Source of the DNA: Chthonomonadales bacterium
GTDB lineage: Bacteria > Armatimonadota > Chthonomonadetes > Chthonomonadales > Chthonomonadaceae
DNA: 12,961 nucleotides
Assembly (NCBI GenBank): GCA_038217285.1
Contig: JBBQPO010000178.1
Coordinates: forward strand, 1-12,961
Direction of reading: 5' to 3'
The notes beneath the pieces are model-generated. The model saw only the letters and a program-made list of their open reading frames with translations, had not been told where the DNA came from and did no database searches. Below are positions 8,544-12,961 of this stretch, one piece after another; positions within the stretch are counted from its first letter, which is position 1, and every line of letters starts with the position of its first letter. A program made the position numbers and the translations under genes.

Positions 8544-8584
8544 GACTCCTGCTAATTGTGACCGGAGACGGTCGATCCAACGAA

Positions 8585-8626
8585 AGAACATGGATTCTGC
8601 GACAGCAGAACATGGATTCTGCGACA
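8585..8626. repeat. Direct repeat AGAACATGGATTCTGCGACA x2 (22-bp period), each copy imperfectly palindromic; candidate tandem operator
   Basis: Copies at 8585-8604 and 8607-8626. The second copy sits within GCAGAA-catgga-TTCTGC. Confidence 0.85.
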
Positions 8627-8664
8627 CCGTCGCCAACGCGTTCCCGGCCGACTTTCCGTCGCTC

Positions 8665-9441
8665 CTAAAGCCCCATGCGTGTGAGGACGCCCTCGAAGGC
8701 GACATCGACGCTGTCATCGTTGCAGAGGTAGCGCCAGAGCCTGGCGCGCTGCACGTTTTCGGCACGATCCGATTCGCCATGCCAGCGGTGCGGCATGGTG
8801 TTCAGGAGGCGGCGTATTTCTGGGGAGTTGTAGCCGTCGGTATTGAAGAGGCCGCGCTGCTCTTCGCCAGCCCGTAGGCGCAGCTTGAACATATAACGGG
8901 TATTGTCGGTAAAGTTGGGCTGTGCGCCGTGCCAGAGGGCCTGATGCAGAAAGCCGATGGTTCCGGCCTTGCCGGCCAGTTGGCGCTGCCCCACGATGTT
9001 CTTATAGCGCGCGATGCTGAGGTTGCTGGTGCGGCGCAGATGAGAGCCGGGGAGAATGATCGTGGGTCCCATCTCCTTCGGCGCATCATGCGAGAAGTAC
9101 ATGGCCTGGATATCGAATGCGAAGGGGCGCACATCGATGATCGAGTCGGCATGCCAGGCCTGCGCCCCATGCTGCTGTGGCCCGACGACATGCAGGGCGG
9201 AGTGGTCGTAGACCGGGTTGCGCCCGACGAGACTCTGCAAGATCCCTTTGACTTGCGGCAGTTCGAACACCTCATGGATCGCGGTGCCTTTGTCCCATTG
9301 ACCGTTTCCGGCCTGCTGCTCGGCATAGACCCGCGCGTTCAGCTCCTGCGGGATAAATCCGTCGAACAGCAGAAAGCCGTCCAGCACGAACTGCGCCATC
9401 TGTTTGGCGGTTAAAAGATGCTCTTTCGTGACGCCGCTCAT
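8665..9441 (-). CDS. Phytanoyl-CoA dioxygenase (PhyH) family Fe(II)/2-oxoglutarate dioxygenase
   Basis: QFVLDGFL start, QAWHAD (HxD), GPTIILPGSH, HQALWHGAQPN..TRYM (distal His and 2OG-binding Arg). RBS GGAG. Confidence 0.9.
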   Translation of the reverse strand: MSGVTKEHLLTAKQMAQFVLDGFLLFDGFIPQELNARVYAEQQAGNGQWDKGTAIHEVFELPQVKGILQSLVGRNPVYDHSALHVVGPQQHGAQAWHADSIIDVRPFAFDIQAMYFSHDAPKEMGPTIILPGSHLRRTSNLSIARYKNIVGQRQLAGKAGTIGFLHQALWHGAQPNFTDNTRYMFKLRLRAGEEQRGLFNTDGYNSPEIRRLLNTMPHRWHGESDRAENVQRARLWRYLCNDDSVDVAFEGVLTRMGL

Positions 9442-9725
9442 GGTTTCTCCACCTTTCTCTCTAAGACATATTCGTAGGGCAGATGTCCGGTTTCATGCTC
9501 TTTCCCATAGGCATAGTAAGGCAGTGGCGGCACTTGCAGCACGAACCATCCGTCGCGCATGGCTGCCAGCACGGAGCGGTAGGGCGGCTTCTCTTCATCG
9601 CCGGACTGCATCTGCCGCTCGTCCTCGGGCTTCGCTCCATCATAGAGCGCCCAGGCGATGGTCGGTGCATCCAGTTCCGGCTGCGCCAGATGCAGAATCA
9701 TGATCTGCTGTCGTAAGTTGCTCAA
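9438..9725 (-). CDS. Small hypothetical protein (~95 aa, TTG start) coupled to the PhyH gene
   Basis: RBS AAAGGAG upstream of TTG 9725. ATGA overlap with the PhyH start. Globular sequence with PPYxSVLAAMRDGW motif. Confidence 0.75.
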   Translation of the reverse strand: MSNLRQQIMILHLAQPELDAPTIAWALYDGAKPEDERQMQSGDEEKPPYRSVLAAMRDGWFVLQVPPLPYYAYGKEHETGHLPYEYVLERKVEKP

Positions 9726-9744
9726 GCGAGAGGTCTCTCCTTTA

Positions 9745-9773
9745 TTTATATTTTCGAGCGCTAGCCGCAACAA
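9745..9773 (-). promoter_or_regulatory. Possible sigma70-type promoter of the small-protein/PhyH operon
   Basis: Minus strand TTGTTG-17 nt-TATAAA immediately before the AAAGGAG RBS. Confidence 0.4.
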
Positions 9774-9929
9774 ATTGGCTGACCGCAAATATCGAGGCTG
9801 GATTCCACAGTCGAAGGACAGATTCCTCTGTTTTGCAGCGGAAGCCGGACGATAGGAAGTTGGAACGGCAAAGGCTGGGGGTCGCGTAGAAGACGGACGG
9901 GAGACGGTCCGTTTCCCAACCTAGCTTTC

Positions 9930-11279
9930 TCATGGCGGCATCGCCGGTGTCCGCCGCAGCCCTCGTGCGCCGGGTGGACGCGAGCGCCCTGCTGTCCCCG
10001 GCCATACCTTGATCCAATGGTTCGTGTATTGAACTCCAGGCCCCAGGGCGACCATCTGCTGCGGCATATGGCATCCCGTACAATCTTTTCGCGGGTTGAC
10101 AGGACAGGGAACGCCCTGCGGATCGTGGACGGGTCCGGCGCTGAGGGATGGTCGTTCGCCTGGTGGACGCGCGGTCGTGGAGGAGTGGCAATTGAGGCAG
10201 ACCGCGTCGTTATGGGAGCGGTCTGCATCGGCATCCGCGTGCGGATCGTGACACGACAGGCAGGAGAGCGAGCCGCTCTTTTGATAGCAGAGGCTCCGCT
10301 CCAGCGCAACGCCCTGGAATCGGGGCACGTCCGCCTCATTGTGCGGATCGCGCATGTCCGAATTCTGTAAGGTGCGATGGCAGTAGCCGCACAGCGTGGT
10401 AATCCTGGCGGGGGTCGCTCGCGACAGATCCTCCATTCCAAATGTCTCGTGGACCGCTTTTGCCGTCGCCTCGACGCGCAGCAGGGGCTCCTTTGCATGG
10501 GATACCGCGTCGACGTGAGCCCGACCTGGGCCATGGCACCGCTCACAACCAACGCCGAAGCTGGAGGCCGCCAAGTCGGGGTATGCGTCCGCCCTGACCG
10601 TCTCTCCCGCAAGGTCGAGGCCGGCTTGTGAGCGAACGACGGTCGTGTGGCAGAGGAGGCACGCGGTGACTTGTGGTCCCTTAAGTTCGGTTCCCATCGA
10701 CGACGACAGAGTGCGCTCCGGCGGCTGGCCTGCCGAAAAGTCCCATTTCCCGGCCGCGAGGTAGTAGCTCAATCGCAGAGAGACCCATCCGTTGAGGTCA
10801 TCGCGATTCAGGTAACTTCGCGCGTGCTTGCCACTTCCCACCGCGAAATCAGCAGGCAAAGCCGCTTCCACGCTCTTATTGAACACCAACATCTGACAGA
10901 TATTCTGCTGGACCACCGTTCCGTAGGTAAAGTGGTTTCGAGGGTCCTTTACCGCATTCGCGTGACGGAAGATCGGCCCGTCCTGCTCCACGGTAACGGC
11001 GCGGAGTGTTTGTGCATGCGCGGAGTGCGCGTGTGTCGCAGCTACGCGCGCATGACAGGCCCCGCAAACCTTATCTCCCAAATAGTTCGCGGCCTCGGCG
11101 GAAGTAAGCGCCCGCCGGACCTCCCGAACATCTATTACGGCGGCGCGCGTAATCTCAGTTGGCAATACGGCATGGCTCGATGACGCGGGTTCGCTGGGAG
11201 AAGGTTGATTCGTTCCGCATGCGCAAAGCATCAGCAGCGCGCCGGTGGCCAGCAGCAGGAGCAGCCATGGCCAACTCAC
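9930..11279 (-). CDS. Multiheme c-type cytochrome (7 CxxCH, cytochrome c554-like), probable lipoprotein; in frame with the upstream membrane protein
   Basis: CGACH, CLLCH, CERCH, CGYCH, CLSCH, CLNCH, CTGCH. Hydrophobic signal with lipobox-like LLMLCAC after GTG 11279. Confidence 0.88.
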   Translation of the reverse strand: MSWPWLLLLLATGALLMLCACGTNQPSPSEPASSSHAVLPTEITRAAVIDVREVRRALTSAEAANYLGDKVCGACHARVAATHAHSAHAQTLRAVTVEQDGPIFRHANAVKDPRNHFTYGTVVQQNICQMLVFNKSVEAALPADFAVGSGKHARSYLNRDDLNGWVSLRLSYYLAAGKWDFSAGQPPERTLSSSMGTELKGPQVTACLLCHTTVVRSQAGLDLAGETVRADAYPDLAASSFGVGCERCHGPGRAHVDAVSHAKEPLLRVEATAKAVHETFGMEDLSRATPARITTLCGYCHRTLQNSDMRDPHNEADVPRFQGVALERSLCYQKSGSLSCLSCHDPHADADADRSHNDAVCLNCHSSTTARPPGERPSLSAGPVHDPQGVPCPVNPRKDCTGCHMPQQMVALGPGVQYTNHWIKVWPGTAGRSRPPGARGLRRTPAMPP

Positions 11280-11732
11280 CTTATTCCCCTGTACGGCCCG
11301 CAGCAGTTCCTCCGGGGGCGTCTCCGCTCCCTGTCCGGCCGCTCGGAGGAGTTCAGCCTGCTGGTGGGAGGGCGGGAGGTCGGAGGCACGGAGGAGGCTC
11401 TCTTCCGGCGAAATCGGTGGCGCAGTTTTAGACGCGATGAAGGTCACTGTTTTTACGTTCGGGGTGTCTACTAACAACATTAATATCAGTCCAATGTATA
11501 ATGGCAAGAGAGAGAGACCTACACAAAGTATGGGCAAGAGGTAAGCGTACCATGGTGATTGAAGCACAAGAAAGCTAGAAACCATTCCCCAAGCCATCCA
11601 GAGAAAGAACACTCCCGCGCCTAGCAACATCACGATGATGCTGAGGTGGGAAGTGAAAATGGAGATGTCTGCCCTCAGAATCTTAATATATTCCCGTTTA
11701 CTCACTAACCGCTTCCGTGGCTTCTCGCTCAT
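11280..11732 (-). CDS. Membrane protein module (2 TM, three C-terminal LLRA repeats); has no stop codon and reads into the cytochrome (fusion ORF 9930..11732)
   Basis: ATG 11732 overlaps the upstream stop (ATGA) and has a GGGAGAG RBS. Basic N-terminus MSEKPRKRLVSKREY, two hydrophobic segments, then ESLLRAS..AELLRAA..EELLRAV. Confidence 0.7.
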
Positions 11733-11971
11733 TCGTTCTCTCCCTGCGGCGGTCCCACCAACTCCTGCACGAGCAGAACCGGCCCTTCGTAGCCTCCCGA
11801 CACCTGCGGATGCTCGCGCGCCACATCCACCAGTTCGGTGATAAAGACATATTCGGTCTGTCCGTAGTCGTCTGCGCCAGCGGTCGCCAGGATCGGCGCG
11901 GCGAGCTGCTCGTCGGAGAGAGTCTTGAGCCAGCTTTGCAAGTCTTTGTAAGTCTGAACCTTCGCTGCCAT
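11729..11971 (-). CDS. Hypothetical acidic protein (80 aa)
   Basis: Purine-rich RBS (GGAAGGGG/GGGA) before ATG 11971. Protein-like sequence TYKDLQSWLKTLSDEQLAAPI. Stop overlaps the next start. Confidence 0.7.
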   Translation of the reverse strand: MAAKVQTYKDLQSWLKTLSDEQLAAPILATAGADDYGQTEYVFITELVDVAREHPQVSGGYEGPVLLVQELVGPPQGENE

Positions 11972-12210
11972 CAGTCCCAATCCCCTTCCCGATTGGATTT
12001 CTCGCCCTCTGTGCGCCCGAACCTGAGTCCGCACGTCTCCACAGCAGCAGTAGATACAATATCGCCCGCCTATACTCCTCCATCGCGTGATATTCCGCTT
12101 TTCGGTTCGTATGCGGATTGATGGAGAGAAGAGAAGAGGCGATCTAATCCCAAGGTTTTCTTGCCGGATCTGGTGACTGTCGGAAGCGGAGAATGGCAGC
12201 GTCGTTGGTC

Positions 12211-12227
12211 TTGGCACAATCCTTGCA
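12211..12227 (+). promoter_or_regulatory. Sigma54 (-24/-12) promoter-like motif
   Basis: TTGGCAC-AATCC-TTGCA matches TGGCAC-N5-TTGC(A/T) with exact spacing and lies in an intergenic region. Confidence 0.55.
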
Positions 12228-12305
12228 ACGAGGGGGTCTGTGCATGAAGTATCTGATTAGGAACCGCCAAGCTATTATCGCTCCACAATTCCGCCTCGGT
12301 TGAAG

Positions 12306-12839
12306 TCAGAAGGGGTCCGAATGTGGAGCAGTAATTCTTGGGAGTTGCCTTAGTATGTTACACACTTCCCGAAGGTAAAAAAACAAAATGCTCCACAATC
12401 GTTTTCGCGTAGGTTTGCTTTTAACCCTTTCATATCTCTCCTCTTTCAGGACGCGAAAGACTGGCGCGGTCGTGCGGAGAGGAGTGCGAAACACCTTTTC
12501 CTGTTCCTTTTTGCGCGGTAGGAGGAAGCAGTAGTCACGGGGCACGGTCAGCTCCTCTTCGCACCAGCCGTCGGTGATAAGCATGATGGGCGCTGCGGGC
12601 GGGAAGTCGGGCCGACCGAGCAGGAAGTTGATCGCGGGCTGCAAGACCGTGCCGCCGCGCCCCTGTACGGCAAACACGCCCCGCAGGTCCGTCGGCGCAA
12701 GCTGCGAACCGAGCAGCGACACGCAGTCGATCCCGACATCGTGGGCAAACTGCTCCACCAGCGCCGACTTGCCGATCCCCGGCGGCCCTCAGATAAATAC
12801 CGGGCGCATCGGTGCGACGTTGAGCAGCAATCTCTGTAG
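12306..12839 (-). pseudogene. Chimeric remnant: N-terminus of a MoxR-like AAA+ ATPase fused to the C-terminus of a VWA-like (DUF2201-type) protein
   Basis: LQRLLLNVAPMRPVFI*GPPGIGKSALVEQFA..CVSLLGSQLAPTDL (Walker A, TGA at 12789-12791), followed directly by GRGGTVLQP..PIMLITDG (VWA MIDAS T and D motifs). No start codon in frame with the ATPase N-terminus. Confidence 0.8.
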
Positions 12840-12961
12840 GTTACTGTCCAGCCTGAAATCGCCGGGAATCTTTTGCCTTATCGTCTCGTAGGATACCTAT
12901 GCTAACACGCGAAGCTTTCCAACACCTCTACGATCAAGGACCAGAAGCCGTATTTACTCTG
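12840..12961 (+). mobile_element. Left end of a probable IS66-family (ISBst12-like) insertion sequence; runs off the window
   Basis: GTTACTGTCCAGCC at 12840 resembles GTAAC..CAG-type IS66 termini (recalled, not looked up). ATPase similarity stops exactly at 12839. A transposase-like ORF starts 59 nt inside. Confidence 0.6.
12899..12961 (+). CDS. N-terminus of a putative IS66-family transposase (partial)
   Basis: MLTREAFQHLYDQGPEAVFTL, open to the window edge. Resembles the TREE..Y..GP.AV..L leader of single-ORF IS66 transposases. AGGA upstream. Confidence 0.6.
   Translation, partial: MLTREAFQHLYDQGPEAVFTL

Noticed and set aside
6258..8626. The two tandem repeats read as a mini-CRISPR or as ends of an element
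   Set aside because: Only two copies each, no spacers, unrelated to each other, and no cas or integrase genes.
11733..12083. First 117 aa of the 717-aa ORF
   Set aside because: Arg/Gly-rich low-information sequence overlapping the better supported 80-aa gene in another frame. ATG 11732 has an RBS and translational coupling.
11286..12671. 12-bp direct repeat CCCCTGTACGGC at 11286 and 12660, each near a fusion junction
   Set aside because: A few 12-mer matches are expected by chance in 13 kb, and no element structure lies between them.
12789..12791. In-frame TGA as recoding (Trp or Sec)
   Set aside because: Other genes here use TGA as stop and TGG for Trp, and the locus has other inactivating lesions.

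Overview
GC-rich bacterial window, tentatively Armatimonadota-like (judged from protein-family resemblance only). From left to right it holds: a type II toxin-antitoxin pair (uncharacterised antitoxin plus PIN toxin); a DinB-family protein; an NTP-transferase/left-handed beta-helix/phosphomannomutase-like fusion whose mutase domain lacks the catalytic Ser; a small membrane protein; a two-domain rhodanese (SseA-like); a small secreted protein convergent with a 666-aa XRE-HTH+TPR regulator; a coupled pair of a small hypothetical protein and a PhyH-type dioxygenase; a 7xCxxCH multiheme cytochrome c lipoprotein joined in frame to an upstream membrane protein with an AT-rich core and LLRA repeats; and an 80-aa hypothetical protein. 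The right end has a decayed AAA-ATPase/VWA-like locus (nonsense codon plus internal deletion-fusion) cut at 12839/12840 by the apparent left end of an IS66-family element. Notable non-coding signals are a tandem palindromic 20-bp repeat upstream of the XRE-TPR gene, a 27-bp tandem duplication over its stop codon, and an orphan sigma54-type promoter followed by a short ORF. No rRNA, tRNA or CRISPR array was seen.
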